This document shows positions 39,672 through 50,710 of a stretch of DNA of 64,000 bases, in pieces. A program made the translations under genes and the position numbers. The DNA lies in the NCBI GenBank assembly GCA_044440125.1, contig JBITAJ010000008.1, positions 1 to 64,000 of the forward strand. The letters are read 5' to 3'. The notes below the pieces were generated by a model. That model saw only the letters and a program-made list of their open reading frames with translations. It made no database searches and was not told the origin of the DNA. Each line of letters begins with the position of its first letter. Within the stretch, counting starts at the first letter, position 1. Source of the stretch: Sedimentisphaeraceae bacterium JB056. Lineage in GTDB: Bacteria; Planctomycetota; Phycisphaerae; Sedimentisphaerales; Sedimentisphaeraceae.

Positions 39672-40472
39672 TTAGATGCCTTCACTATGTTTTCTGTATG
39701 CAGCGGGGGGCATGCCTGTTATCTTCTTGAATGTCTTTGAAAAATGAAACCGATCCGTAAAACCTGTATCGTAAGCAATCTTGTCAATTGTGTCATCTGT
39801 AAGTATAAGCATTTCTATGGATCTTGCTATTCGCCTCTGAGTGACAAATTTTGCGGGAGTTATTCCCACTGAATCAGTAAAATCACGCAAAAAATGACTT
39901 GGACTCTTTCCTGAAAGCCTCGCAAGAGAATCGTTGTCAATAGATCCGTTCAGGTTGTTGTCAATGAACTCGAATAATGAAGAGTATTTGCCTGTTGCCG
40001 GAATCAATCGATCTAACAGTATTCGTTTTTCATTAGAGATTTTCTTGAAATATTCAAAAAGCAAGCCATATATAAGAGATTTAAGTCTTGTATCAATAAT
40101 GAATTTATTAAGAGGGTCTTTGTAATTTTGCTCAATAATTGATATTATTTCTTTCCTGTCAATATTGCCGAATTCCATCAGGGAAGGGAATGTTTTCTTG
40201 CACAAGAAACCAGTTACTCCTATCAGATCAAAATGTACATAAAAATGTTCTATTTTAAGATTGTTGTACAGTCCCACTTTTTGCCATGCTGGAATTATAT
40301 ATAGGGTGTTCTTTTTAAGGTAATGACGTTTATTATCAGTCTCTAATATCGCACCATCAGAGCTGTTAATGTAAAGTCTCCAATATGTACACAGCATATT
40401 GGGATAGTTCCATTGATCATCTATCTCGACAAGTTTACAGTTGAGTATTCTTATGTATATTTCTTCCTGCAT
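39672..40472 (-). CDS. AraC-family transcriptional regulator
   Basis: C-terminal IAYDTGFTDRFHFSKTFKKITGMPPAAYR; divergent from the UroD-family gene. Confidence 0.92.
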   Translation of the reverse strand: MQEEIYIRILNCKLVEIDDQWNYPNMLCTYWRLYINSSDGAILETDNKRHYLKKNTLYIIPAWQKVGLYNNLKIEHFYVHFDLIGVTGFLCKKTFPSLMEFGNIDRKEIISIIEQNYKDPLNKFIIDTRLKSLIYGLLFEYFKKISNEKRILLDRLIPATGKYSSLFEFIDNNLNGSIDNDSLARLSGKSPSHFLRDFTDSVGITPAKFVTQRRIARSIEMLILTDDTIDKIAYDTGFTDRFHFSKTFKKITGMPPAAYRKHSEGI

Positions 40473-40593
40473 AAATATATAATAGCAGAAATATACATAT
40501 TTTCCAGCAAAACAACCATTTAATCTTTATATTTTACCGCTATCATAAAAAACAACGTAATAATGGTTATTAAAACAGTTAAAGAGGTATGAA

Positions 40594-41661
40594 ATGTCTT
40601 ATGAACATGGTTGGGCTGCAATAAATTTAGAGATGCCGCCAAGGGTTCCAAGAACCGAATATTCGGCAGAAACCTATCACTTTGATCTGATCAAAGAAGT
40701 TACAGGCATAGAGATAAATGACAAAAGCAGCGATATGGAGAAGCTTAAAGCACGCCAGGCCTTTACAAAAGCCTGGAATTATGATTACTGCTTTGGACTT
40801 TGGGGCTATACGGTAAGTGAGCTTGGCGATAAGAAGCGAACCCGAATGGGCCATGCCGAATTTGCCGCAAATGGCAGCGATATGGATTCTCAAGTAGATT
40901 GTCCTTTCAAAACACCTGAAGACGTCCTAAGCTTCGACCCATATGAATCTTACGGAAAACTTGATAAAAACTGGCTCGTAAAGAATTTTGAGGAAAGTTA
41001 CAAGTTCAATCTGAATCGCACGCCTGATTGCGTAACATCATCAGGTACTTATTCCACTCTAATTTCAGGTCTGATAAATACTTTCGGCTGGGATATGCTT
41101 CTGTTGGGACTTGGAACCGATCCCGTTAGAATGGGACAGGTTGCCAACCGTTACGCGGACTGGATGATGCAGTTTATGGAGGCTTTGGGTGAGGCGGATA
41201 TACCAATGGTAACCATTCACGATGACATTGTATGGACAAGCGGCCCATTTGTATCTCCTGACTGGTACAGAGAATACGTATTCCCCAATTTCAAAAAAAT
41301 GTTCGCTCCAATAATCGAAAGTGGTAAAAAGTTAGCATATTGCTCTGATGGAACATATACTATGTTCGTTGATGACATTGCTCAATGCGGCGTAGATGGG
41401 TTTATAATGGAGCCGACCACTGACATGGCTTATATTGCAGAGAAATACGGCAAGACACATTTCTTTATCGGCAATGCGGATACAAGGATATTGCTGTCAG
41501 GTACCAAGGATGATATACGCAATGAGGTTAAGAGGTGCATGGATATCGGCAAAAATTGTCCTGGATTTTTCATGGCTGTCGGCAATCATATTCCGGCCAA
41601 TACACCCGTGGAAAACGCATTGTATTACAATGAATGCTATAATGAAATGTCAGTTCGCTAA
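40594..41661 (+). CDS. Uroporphyrinogen decarboxylase/MtaA-CmuA superfamily protein
   Basis: HDDIVW..GP, CSDG, GNAD, GFFMAVGNHIPANTP. Confidence 0.8.
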   Translation: MSYEHGWAAINLEMPPRVPRTEYSAETYHFDLIKEVTGIEINDKSSDMEKLKARQAFTKAWNYDYCFGLWGYTVSELGDKKRTRMGHAEFAANGSDMDSQVDCPFKTPEDVLSFDPYESYGKLDKNWLVKNFEESYKFNLNRTPDCVTSSGTYSTLISGLINTFGWDMLLLGLGTDPVRMGQVANRYADWMMQFMEALGEADIPMVTIHDDIVWTSGPFVSPDWYREYVFPNFKKMFAPIIESGKKLAYCSDGTYTMFVDDIAQCGVDGFIMEPTTDMAYIAEKYGKTHFFIGNADTRILLSGTKDDIRNEVKRCMDIGKNCPGFFMAVGNHIPANTPVENALYYNECYNEMSVR

Positions 41662-41669
41662 ATAAAATA

Positions 41670-41709
41670 TACAAAACCCCGGAAAGCCGAATGTTTCCGG
41701 GGTTTTGTA
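41670..41709. terminator. Bidirectional intrinsic terminator
   Basis: TACAAAACCCCGGAAA / TTTCCGGGGTTTTGTA perfect stem between convergent genes. Confidence 0.85.
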
Positions 41710-41717
41710 CTTCTGTT

Positions 41718-42491
41718 TTAAGAGCAAATCTTGCCAACATTTTCTGCGATATAACGAGGCCGATAAGGGAACAAAGACAGATCAGCTTCCTTGGTTATGC
41801 CGCTCATTACAAGCACGGTATCAATGCCCGATTCTATTCCAGCAATGATATCTGTATCCATTCGGTCACCTATTATAGCTGTTTCTTCACGTCTGCACTG
41901 AAGCTTTTGAAGTGAATGACGCATTATAAGAGGATTAGGTTTTCCAATGAAGTACGCTTGGCGTCCTGTTGCCAGTTCTATGGGCGAAATCAAGGAACGA
42001 CATGCCGGCGCTATTCCGGTCTCGGTCGGTCCGGTCAGGTCGGGGTTGGTTCCTATCAGCTTTGCGCCGCCCAATACAAGGTTGACAGCCGTTTCAAGCT
42101 TATCGTAACTGTAACTCTTCGTTTCACCGACAACGACATAATCCGGCGTTCTGTCGTCCTGTATGAATCCTAAATTGTAGAATTCCTGTGAAAGGGCAGC
42201 TTCGCCTATTACATAAACCCTGCCGTTAGGGCATTGAGATGAAAGAAAATTCGCTGTTGCCATAGCCGATGTCATGAAATGCTCTTTTTCCACATCAATT
42301 CCAAGACCGCTGAGTTTGTGCTTCAGTTCAAGCGGACTTCTCTCTGAACTGTTAGTCAAGAACAGGAATTCCTTGTTCTCGCTTTTAAGCCAGTTTATAA
42401 AGTCCATTGCGCCATCGACAAGTTTTCTGCCGTGGTATATAACCCCATCCATGTCACAGATAAAAGCTTTTTTGTTTCTTATTTCTTCCAT
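41718..42491 (-). CDS. HAD-IIA (NagD-like) phosphatase
   Basis: DMDGVI, LTNSS, TNPD, GKPN, IGDRMDTDI. True start is probably 42491; the 42530 start lies inside the MITE. Confidence 0.9.
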   Translation of the reverse strand: MEEIRNKKAFICDMDGVIYHGRKLVDGAMDFINWLKSENKEFLFLTNSSERSPLELKHKLSGLGIDVEKEHFMTSAMATANFLSSQCPNGRVYVIGEAALSQEFYNLGFIQDDRTPDYVVVGETKSYSYDKLETAVNLVLGGAKLIGTNPDLTGPTETGIAPACRSLISPIELATGRQAYFIGKPNPLIMRHSLQKLQCRREETAIIGDRMDTDIIAGIESGIDTVLVMSGITKEADLSLFPYRPRYIAENVGKICS

Positions 42492-42509
42492 TTTATATCT
42501 TTCAAGTTT

Positions 42510-42607
42510 GATGCGTCCAACAAAAGTCATGAAGCGTTAGTTAACCCTTGATCTCTGATTAAACTCGTAGATTTAATCAGCAACGATGTACTTTTGTCGG
42601 TTTCGCC
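42510..42607 (-). mobile_element. MITE-like element, copy 2 (98 bp), 6-bp TSD AAGTTT
   Basis: Inverted homolog of 3136-3234; AAGTTT at 42504-42509 and 42608-42613. Confidence 0.88.
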
Positions 42608-42616
42608 AAGTTTTAG

Positions 42617-43906
42617 TTATTTTTGGCTTTTTTCAAGTGCCTGAGCGAAATCCGCTATCAAATCATCGATATCCTCAATACCAACCGATACCCTGATGAA
42701 ATCAGAGGTTACTCCGGCAGCTTCCTGTTCCTGCTCGGTCAGTTGCTGGTGTGTGGTTGTTGCGGGATGAACAACCATTGTTCTTGCATCAAGCAGATTC
42801 GTTATATGGCTGGCAAGCTTTACATTATTAATGAACTTTTCGCCCGCTTGCTTTCCGCCCTTAATTCCAAATCCTAAAATTCCACCCTGACCTTTAGGCA
42901 GATATTTCTGTGCACGTTCAAAATCAGGATGCGACTCAAGCCCCGGATAGTTCACCCAGCTTACGCTTTCATTTGCCTCAAGAAACTTAGCGAGAGCGAG
43001 GGCATTTTCGCTATGTCTTATCGCACGCAGCGGCAAGGTAGTAACGCCATGAAGGAACATGAACGCATTAAAAGGTGATAAGCATGCGCCCGTATCCCTG
43101 AGAACCTGAACACGCAATTTGATGATAAACGCAATGTTGCCAAATTGCTCATAAAATTTCACACCATGATAACTTTCATCAGGTTCGGTAAGGCAGGGGT
43201 ATCTGCCTGATGCCCAATCAAAATTACCTGAATCGATAACGATTCCGCCTATGCTTGAACCGTGGCCATCGATCATTTTCGTGCAACTATGAATTACAAT
43301 ATCAACACCATGATCTATTGGATTGAAAAGTATAGGCGAAGCAACCGTATTGTCGCAAACAACTACAACACCTGCTTGATGAGCTACTTCAGCTATTTTT
43401 TCATACTCAAGAACATCGTTTTTAGGATTACCAATTGTCTCAATATAAACGATCTTGGTATTGCTATCTATCGCATCTGCAAAATTTTGCGGATCTGAAG
43501 CATCTACGAATTTTGCTTTAATTCCCCATTTTTCAATTGTATGCGCAAAAAGCGTGGCTGTTCCACCATACAAAGAACTTGATGTTACAATATTATCTCC
43601 CTTTTCGCATAAATTCTGTACTACGCCTGTAATTGCTGCCATGCCGGAACTGAAGGATAAGCCTGCTGCTCCCTTTTCCAGCATCGCTATTCGTTTTTCA
43701 AATATCTCACAAGTGGGGTTTTGAAGCCTGCTGTAGATATTGCCAAACTCGCTCAATTCAAAAAGGCTTGCGGCGTGTTCCGTGCTATCGTAATGATACG
43801 CTGCTGTTTGGTATAACGGTACATTGGCACTTTTTGTTGTCGGATCAATTTCGTAGCCACCATGAACCGCTAATGTAGCCTGTTTATAATTATTATCTTT
43901 TTGCAT
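42617..43906 (-). CDS. metY: O-acetylhomoserine aminocarboxypropyltransferase (sulfhydrylase)
   Basis: IYSRLQNPT, SSGMAA, DNT, PLP-Lys HSCTK, LRDTG, HPATTTHQQL, RVSVGIE. Confidence 0.92.
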   Translation of the reverse strand: MQKDNNYKQATLAVHGGYEIDPTTKSANVPLYQTAAYHYDSTEHAASLFELSEFGNIYSRLQNPTCEIFEKRIAMLEKGAAGLSFSSGMAAITGVVQNLCEKGDNIVTSSSLYGGTATLFAHTIEKWGIKAKFVDASDPQNFADAIDSNTKIVYIETIGNPKNDVLEYEKIAEVAHQAGVVVVCDNTVASPILFNPIDHGVDIVIHSCTKMIDGHGSSIGGIVIDSGNFDWASGRYPCLTEPDESYHGVKFYEQFGNIAFIIKLRVQVLRDTGACLSPFNAFMFLHGVTTLPLRAIRHSENALALAKFLEANESVSWVNYPGLESHPDFERAQKYLPKGQGGILGFGIKGGKQAGEKFINNVKLASHITNLLDARTMVVHPATTTHQQLTEQEQEAAGVTSDFIRVSVGIEDIDDLIADFAQALEKSQK

Positions 43907-44001
43907 GATATTTATCTCCTGACTCTATAAGACTATATTTAGCAAAGCTTTGCACAAGGCCTTGTGAACTCGCATGCAACTTCACTAATTCCAAAGCAAA
44001 C

Positions 44002-44030
44002 ATTATAGTCTTGTTGGATGTTTTTTCCAA
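44002..44030 (-). promoter_or_regulatory. Putative sigma70 promoter of metY
   Basis: Minus strand TTGGAA, 17-bp spacer, TATAAT. Confidence 0.5.
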
Positions 44031-44188
44031 TAATAATCAAACTGTATGTGCTTTTTTTGAAAAATATTGCATACGCCATATCTTTGCAAGTTAGTTATTA
44101 CCCTGATTTACATCAATATAAGGAAAACCCTTATTTACAAACCATCCTTATTGAGCAATAATCATATAAATAGTTAATCTTTATAAGT

Positions 44189-45328
44189 TTGGAGAGAAAA
44201 ATGGTAGAAAATCCGTTAAGAAGCTTATCGAAATTCGGGCAATCAATATGGCTTGACTATATCAGTCGTCAACTTATAGAAAGCGGTCAGCTTGCCGAAA
44301 TGATAAAATCGGACGCTCTCAAGGGTATGACCTCAAATCCTTCTATATTTCAAAAAGCCATTTCGAAAAGCACTGATTACAATGAGGATATTGCCGAAAT
44401 AGTCCGTAATGGCGGAACGCCTGATTCTGCTTATGAATTAATCAGCCAGAAGGATGTCAGGACGGCGGCTGACGAGTTTCGATGTGTTTTTGATGCAACA
44501 AACGGATTGGACGGGTATGTCAGTCTTGAAGTCAATCCGCATTTAGCTTACGATACTCAAGCTACAATAGATGAAGCTAAAAGGCTTTGGGCGTCACTTG
44601 GAAGACAAAATGTTTTCATAAAAGTTCCATCAACTATTGAAGGTCTGGATGCAATAGAACAGATAATCAGCGAGGGGATAAACGTAAATGTTACATTACT
44701 GTTCAGTGTGCCACGATACCGCAAAGTTGTGGATTCGTATTTTTCCGGTCTTGAGAAAAGACTTGAGCAAGGCAAATCTATTGACAGCATTGCTTCTGTT
44801 GCAAGTTTCTTTCTTAGCCGCATCGATTCGAAAGTTGATCCGATTTTGTCGAAAATTATTGAGCAGGGCGATGAAAAAAAGGATACAGCTCAAAAGGTAT
44901 ACGGACAAACGGCGGTGTCATCAGCAAAGATCGCTTATCAAGTCTGCAAAGAATTGCATTCGAGCAAACGTTTCAAAAAATTGGAAGTTGAAGGAGCAAG
45001 ACAGCAGAGATTGCTTTGGGCAAGCACAAGTACTAAAAACCCGGAATTCGATGATGTGAAATATGTTGAGGAGCTTATCGGCTCAAATACCGTCAACACA
45101 ATGCCTCCCGAAACAGTTGACGCTTACAGGGATCATGGCAATCCCCGGTTCAGGCTTGAGCAGGATCTTGAATTTGCCGACTGGGTATTGCAACAGCATC
45201 AGGTATTAGGCATAAATCTCGAGCAGATTTGTCAGGAGCTTGAAGATGAAGGAGTTAAAAAATTTATTAAACCCTTTGATGATCTTATGCATACTCTTAA
45301 ATCATCAATTGAAAAATTATCGGATTAA
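44189..45328 (+). CDS. tal: Transaldolase (long type; start probably ATG 44201)
   Basis: QSIWLD, TSNPSIF, VSLEV, IKVP, NVTLLFS, ASFFLSRID, LLWAST. Confidence 0.93.
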   Translation: MERKMVENPLRSLSKFGQSIWLDYISRQLIESGQLAEMIKSDALKGMTSNPSIFQKAISKSTDYNEDIAEIVRNGGTPDSAYELISQKDVRTAADEFRCVFDATNGLDGYVSLEVNPHLAYDTQATIDEAKRLWASLGRQNVFIKVPSTIEGLDAIEQIISEGINVNVTLLFSVPRYRKVVDSYFSGLEKRLEQGKSIDSIASVASFFLSRIDSKVDPILSKIIEQGDEKKDTAQKVYGQTAVSSAKIAYQVCKELHSSKRFKKLEVEGARQQRLLWASTSTKNPEFDDVKYVEELIGSNTVNTMPPETVDAYRDHGNPRFRLEQDLEFADWVLQQHQVLGINLEQICQELEDEGVKKFIKPFDDLMHTLKSSIEKLSD

Positions 45329-45354
45329 ATTATTTAGATATTAAGGATTTTTTT

Positions 45355-47901
45355 GTGGATAACAGACAGTTTTTTTCAAATTCAGCTGACAGTTTCTTGC
45401 CTGCAGATGTAGAAGGTTTTGACGCCTTAGCAGAATTGGCACTTGATATACGGTGGTCATGGAATCATTCTGCTGATGAAATGTGGCGTGAACTTAATCC
45501 TGATTTGTGGGAACGTACAAATAACCCATGGGTTATTTTGCAAACAGTTTCACCTGACCAAATAGAAAATATAATAAAGACGGATGCATTTCGGGCTAAA
45601 GTTGACGAGCTTATCCAAGGCAAACGTCATGATATGGAAACAGATGCTTGGTTTCAGCAGAATCATAAGGACTCGAAACTTAAAACAGTTGCATATTTCA
45701 GTCTTGAATTTATGCTTAGTGAAGCCTTGCCTATTTATTCGGGTGGACTTGGCAACGTTGCCGGTGATCAGTTAAAAACGGCCAGTGATCTTGGTGTTCC
45801 GGTAGTAGGAGTTAGCCTCTTATATCAACAAGGTTACTTTCGCCAGATGATAGACAAATACGGTAAGCAGCAAGCACTTTATCCTTATAACGATCCAGGT
45901 CAGCTTCCAATCACACCTCTAAGACGCAAAGATGGTCGATGGCTTCGTCTTGAAATCAATTTGCCTGGTTATTCAGTTTGGTTAAGAACGTGGCAAGTCC
46001 AGGTTGGCCGAACCAAGCTTTACTTACTGGACAGTAATGATCCAGCCAATTTCCCGGCTCTGCGAGGTATAACAAGTGAGCTTTATGGCGGCGGTATTGA
46101 TATGAGGTTGAAACAAGAACTGCTTCTTGGTATAGGTGGCTGGAAACTACTGAAAGAACTGGGTATAGAGCCTGAAGTTTGCCATCTCAACGAAGGGCAT
46201 GCTGCCTTTGCGGTACTCGAAAGAGCCAAGGATTTTATGAAAGAAACCGGACATGATTTCGATGTAGCAATGACTGCAACACGGGCCGGCAATCTTTTCA
46301 CAACACATACCGCAGTGCCTGCCGGATTCGACAGATTTCCACCGTCACTGATTGAGCAGTACCTTGGTTATTATGCCCCAAAAAAACTTGGAATTACAAT
46401 TAAGGACCTGCTTGCATTGGGAAGGTCTGACCCTGATGATGACAGCGAGTATTTTAATATGGCCTATCTCGCAGTAAGGGGCAGTGGAGCTGTCAATGGA
46501 GTCAGTATGCTTCACGAGAAAGTAAGTAAAAAAATACTCAGTCCTCTTTTTGCTAATTGGCCATTGGAAGAAGTACCTGTTGGACATGTGACAAATGGAG
46601 TTCATATGCCAAGCTGGGATTGTGACCGCGCAGACGCTCTTTGGACTGAAGCTTGCGGTAAATACAGATGGATGGATGTAACAGAAGATCTTGGTAAAGA
46701 TATCAGAAAGATAGATGACGTAACTTTATGGAAACTTAGGACCGATTCATGCAAGGACCTCATAGAATATACACGTTTGAGGCATTCGATGCAATTGGAA
46801 TCTTGTGCAGAGTGTGATCAAATTATTGACAATGCGAAAGAAATGTTTGATCCCAATATTTTAACACTTGGATTCGCCCGCCGCTTTGCGACTTATAAAA
46901 GGCCTAATCTTCTCCTTTATGACAAACAGCGTTTCAGGAATCTGCTTACAAATCCTGAAAGGCCGGTACAACTCATAATAGCAGGAAAGGCACATCCTGC
47001 TGACAAGGCCGGTCAGAACCTTATAACACAATGGACCGAATTTATTCGTGACCCGCAGATTTCAAAGCATGTTGTCTTCTTAAGTGATTACGATATGCTT
47101 TTGACTGAACATCTTGTCGCAGGTGTTGATGTCTGGATAAATACTCCAAGACGTCCATGGGAAGCAAGTGGGACAAGCGGGATGAAAGTCCTTGTAAACG
47201 GAGGACTTAATATCTCAGAACTTGATGGCTGGTGGGCAGAAGCTTACAGGCCGGAAGTTGGTTGGGCAATAGGTGATGGACTGGAGCATGAGGATTCAGA
47301 GCAACTGGATAAGGATGAGGCATGTGCCCTTTACGATTTGTTGGAGAATGAAGTTATTCCCGAGTTCTATGAACGCAATCAAAATGGTATCCCTGAAAAA
47401 TGGGTTAATCGAGTCAGGGAAAGTATGGCGACCTTGACACCGCATTTTTCAGCTAACAGAGCAGTAAGAGAATATACTGAAAAATTTTATATATCGTCGG
47501 CACATGAATATAGTCGAAGGATAGAAGACAACTGTGCACTTGCTAAGGAAATAGTTGATTGCCGCAAAGACCTTGACCATAAATGGAAAATGTTGAGATT
47601 TGGTGAGATGAAAATAGAACCTAAGTGTGATGGATATCTGTTTGATGTGCAGATATACCTTGATAGTATAGACAAGGATTCTGTCAAAATCGAGTTGTAC
47701 GCTATTGGTCTTGAAGGCCAAGAAAATGAAGTGTATGAAATGTTACCTGTCTCGGAACTTGTAGGCGCTGTGGGGGGATATAATTATCAGGTTGAAATAA
47801 CTACCCAAAGAAATGCATCAGACTACACGGCACGAATCGTACCGGCGATATCCAATATGTCAGTCCCCTTAGAATGTCCTAATATATTATGGCAGAAATA
47901 A
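45355..47901 (+). CDS. glgP: Alpha-glucan (glycogen) phosphorylase
   Basis: YSGGLG, HLNEGH, TNGVH, FARRFATYKR, EASGTSGMK (PLP lysine). Confidence 0.95.
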   Translation: MDNRQFFSNSADSFLPADVEGFDALAELALDIRWSWNHSADEMWRELNPDLWERTNNPWVILQTVSPDQIENIIKTDAFRAKVDELIQGKRHDMETDAWFQQNHKDSKLKTVAYFSLEFMLSEALPIYSGGLGNVAGDQLKTASDLGVPVVGVSLLYQQGYFRQMIDKYGKQQALYPYNDPGQLPITPLRRKDGRWLRLEINLPGYSVWLRTWQVQVGRTKLYLLDSNDPANFPALRGITSELYGGGIDMRLKQELLLGIGGWKLLKELGIEPEVCHLNEGHAAFAVLERAKDFMKETGHDFDVAMTATRAGNLFTTHTAVPAGFDRFPPSLIEQYLGYYAPKKLGITIKDLLALGRSDPDDDSEYFNMAYLAVRGSGAVNGVSMLHEKVSKKILSPLFANWPLEEVPVGHVTNGVHMPSWDCDRADALWTEACGKYRWMDVTEDLGKDIRKIDDVTLWKLRTDSCKDLIEYTRLRHSMQLESCAECDQIIDNAKEMFDPNILTLGFARRFATYKRPNLLLYDKQRFRNLLTNPERPVQLIIAGKAHPADKAGQNLITQWTEFIRDPQISKHVVFLSDYDMLLTEHLVAGVDVWINTPRRPWEASGTSGMKVLVNGGLNISELDGWWAEAYRPEVGWAIGDGLEHEDSEQLDKDEACALYDLLENEVIPEFYERNQNGIPEKWVNRVRESMATLTPHFSANRAVREYTEKFYISSAHEYSRRIEDNCALAKEIVDCRKDLDHKWKMLRFGEMKIEPKCDGYLFDVQIYLDSIDKDSVKIELYAIGLEGQENEVYEMLPVSELVGAVGGYNYQVEITTQRNASDYTARIVPAISNMSVPLECPNILWQK

Positions 47902-47927
47902 TGAAGTGAAAGAAAGGAAATTTCAAA

Positions 47928-50315
47928 ATGGAGAATGGGATTAGAAAAGTTTCAGGTGAACCTTTATCACCTGAATTGTCAGACAAAATGCACAGATACT
48001 GGCAGGCCGCTAATTATTTATCTGTCGGCCAAATATATCTTTACGACAATGCTCTGCTCAAGCACCCACTTAAAGCAGAGCATATAAAACCGCGGCTTTT
48101 AGGTCACTGGGGAACAACTCCCGGGCTCAATTTCATTTATGTGCATCTCAACCGGATCATAAATAAAAATGACATTGACATGATATATATAACAGGCCCA
48201 GGTCATGGCGGTCCTGGACTGGTGGCCAATACATATCTTGAAGGTACGTACAGTGAGTTATATCCTAATATTTCGCAGGATGAAGCCGGCATAAAGAAAC
48301 TTTTCAAACAGTTTTCATTCCCCGGCGGTGTACCAAGCCACGTTTCTCCTGACACGCCCGGGTCAATCAATGAGGGCGGTGAGCTTGGGTATTCTCTTTC
48401 GCATGCTTACGGTGCGGCTTTTGACAACCCTGATTTAATTGTGGCTTGTGTAGTAGGTGACGGGGAAGCTGAAACCGGGCCTCTTGCCACCAGTTGGCAC
48501 TCAAATAAATTTCTCAACCCTGAACGCGATGGCGCCGTGTTACCTATCCTGCACCTAAACGGGTACAAAATAGCAGGCCCCACTGTGCTTGCCCGTATTC
48601 CGGAAGAAGAGCTATTCTCGCTTTTCAAAGGCTACGGATACCAACCGTATCTTGTTGAAGCAACTGATACAGAAAGTACACACCAACTGATGGCTGCTAC
48701 ACTTGATACGGTAATCAGTGAAATTCAGGCTGCTCAGAAAGAGGCTCGCGCTAACGGGTACAAAAAAAGGCCGTTATGGCCAATGATAATCCTCAGAACA
48801 CCTAAAGGGTGGACAGGCCCCGCTGAAATAGATGGAAAACCAGTTGAGGGAACATTCAGGTCGCATCAAGTACCTGTAGCAACTTTGGCAGAAAATAAAA
48901 ATCACCTTAAAATACTTGAGAGCTGGATGAAAAGCTATGAGCCCGATAAGTTATTTAATGAAAAAGGGGAGTTGATTTCTGAACTTGCAGAGCTTGCACC
49001 GAAAGGCCGCAGACGCATGGGGGCGAATCCGCATGCCAATGGTGGCGAGCTGTTGAGAGATCTTAAGATGCCGGATTTTAGGGAGTACGCAGTCAATATA
49101 GCCAAACCCGGCAGCGATACAGCTGAGTCGACGAGGGTTATGGGAGCTTTTATACGTGATGTCATGAAAGCCAATATTGAACAGAAAAACTTCCGCATTT
49201 TCAGTCCTGACGAAACGGCATCAAACCGATGGGCAGACGTATTTGATGTAACCAAAAGGTGTTTATGCGCTGATATAATTGATATTGATGAAAACATTTC
49301 ATGTGATGGACGGGTAATGGAGATGCTTAGTGAGCATCAATGTGAAGGGTGGCTCGAAGGTTATCTGCTTACCGGCCGCCATGGGTTCTTTTCTTGCTAT
49401 GAAGCTTTTATTCATATTGTCGACTCAATGTTCAATCAACATGCCAAATGGTTGAAAATGACTTCAACGATACCATGGAGAAGGCCTATCGCATCATTGA
49501 ATTACTTGCTTTCATCACATGTATGGAGACAGGATCATAACGGTTTCAGTCATCAAGATCCCGGATTCATTGATCATGTAGTGAATAAAAAAGCCGGAAC
49601 AATAAGGGTTTATTTGCCTCCAGACGCAAATGCGTTGCTTTCTGTAACTGATCATTGCTTGAGGAGTCGTGATTATATCAATGTCATTGTTGCAGGCAAA
49701 CAGCCTCAAATTCAATGGCTTGACATGGATTCTGCAATAAAACATTGTACAGCAGGGCTTGGTATCTGGGAATGGGCCAGCAATGACAATGGCTGTGAGC
49801 CCGATGTGGTTATGGCCTGTTGCGGCGATGTGCCTACTCTTGAGACACTTGCGGCGGTGCAAATGTTGCGGGAGCAGTTTCCTGAACTAAAAGTAAGGGT
49901 AATTAATATAGTTGATCTTATGACGCTTCAGCCTCAAAGCGAACATCCTCATGGATTAAGCGACAAAGATTTTGATGTTTTGTTTACAAAAGACAAGCCG
50001 GTTATCTTTGCGTATCACGGCTATCCCTGGCTGATACATCGGCTTACATACAGACGGACAAATCATCATCAATTTCACGTAAGGGGATATAAAGAAGAAG
50101 GCACTACAACAACACCGTTTGACATGGTTGTACTCAATGACTTAGACCGTTTCCATCTGGTAGGTGATGTTATAGACAGAGTTGAGTCTTTAGGAGCAAG
50201 AGCAGCTTACGCCAAGCAATTCCTGCGTGATAAGCTTCTTGATCACAAAAGTTATATACGGAAATACGGGCAAGACATGCCTGAAATACGCGAATGGAAA
50301 TGGACATTGAACTGA
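47928..50315 (+). CDS. xfp: Phosphoketolase (X5P/F6P)
   Basis: [57 protein letters not shown]. Confidence 0.95.
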   Translation: MENGIRKVSGEPLSPELSDKMHRYWQAANYLSVGQIYLYDNALLKHPLKAEHIKPRLLGHWGTTPGLNFIYVHLNRIINKNDIDMIYITGPGHGGPGLVANTYLEGTYSELYPNISQDEAGIKKLFKQFSFPGGVPSHVSPDTPGSINEGGELGYSLSHAYGAAFDNPDLIVACVVGDGEAETGPLATSWHSNKFLNPERDGAVLPILHLNGYKIAGPTVLARIPEEELFSLFKGYGYQPYLVEATDTESTHQLMAATLDTVISEIQAAQKEARANGYKKRPLWPMIILRTPKGWTGPAEIDGKPVEGTFRSHQVPVATLAENKNHLKILESWMKSYEPDKLFNEKGELISELAELAPKGRRRMGANPHANGGELLRDLKMPDFREYAVNIAKPGSDTAESTRVMGAFIRDVMKANIEQKNFRIFSPDETASNRWADVFDVTKRCLCADIIDIDENISCDGRVMEMLSEHQCEGWLEGYLLTGRHGFFSCYEAFIHIVDSMFNQHAKWLKMTSTIPWRRPIASLNYLLSSHVWRQDHNGFSHQDPGFIDHVVNKKAGTIRVYLPPDANALLSVTDHCLRSRDYINVIVAGKQPQIQWLDMDSAIKHCTAGLGIWEWASNDNGCEPDVVMACCGDVPTLETLAAVQMLREQFPELKVRVINIVDLMTLQPQSEHPHGLSDKDFDVLFTKDKPVIFAYHGYPWLIHRLTYRRTNHHQFHVRGYKEEGTTTTPFDMVVLNDLDRFHLVGDVIDRVESLGARAAYAKQFLRDKLLDHKSYIRKYGQDMPEIREWKWTLN

Positions 50316-50326
50316 TACGAAAACTG

Positions 50327-50710
50327 TTAAAAGTTCAATCTTTTGTTGAGTTTCTCAAGTGCATGGTTAAATGAGTTATCAACTTCTGTGAATTTGAGTT
50401 TGTTTTTGCTCTTTGTCAAAGGTGCTAACTTGGCGTTGTACATCAGCACAAAATCATAACCAGAGGGAATAGTTGCAAGATTTATGCGGAAAACCTCACG
50501 AAGAAGTCTTTTAAGCCGATTTCTAACAACAGCGTTTCCAAATTTTTTACCAACAGAAATGCCTGTTCTGGATATATTCTGATTGTTTGGTGCCGCGAAA
50601 ACAACTAAAATATCATTACGAACGCAAATTCGTTGAGAGATTATTTCCTTAAAACGGTCATTGGACCTAATTCGTCGATTTTTGCCAAATTTACAGTTAC
50701 TCAAGATCAC
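50327..50710 (-). CDS. rnpA: Ribonuclease P protein component
   Basis: GISVGKKFGNAVVRNRLKRLLRE (RNR motif). Confidence 0.92.
   Translation of the reverse strand: MILSNCKFGKNRRIRSNDRFKEIISQRICVRNDILVVFAAPNNQNISRTGISVGKKFGNAVVRNRLKRLLREVFRINLATIPSGYDFVLMYNAKLAPLTKSKNKLKFTEVDNSFNHALEKLNKRLNF

Noticed and set aside
41691..42540. Plus-strand ORFs opposite the HAD-IIA gene and its 42530 start
   Set aside because: Antisense shadows; the upstream ATG lies inside the MITE.
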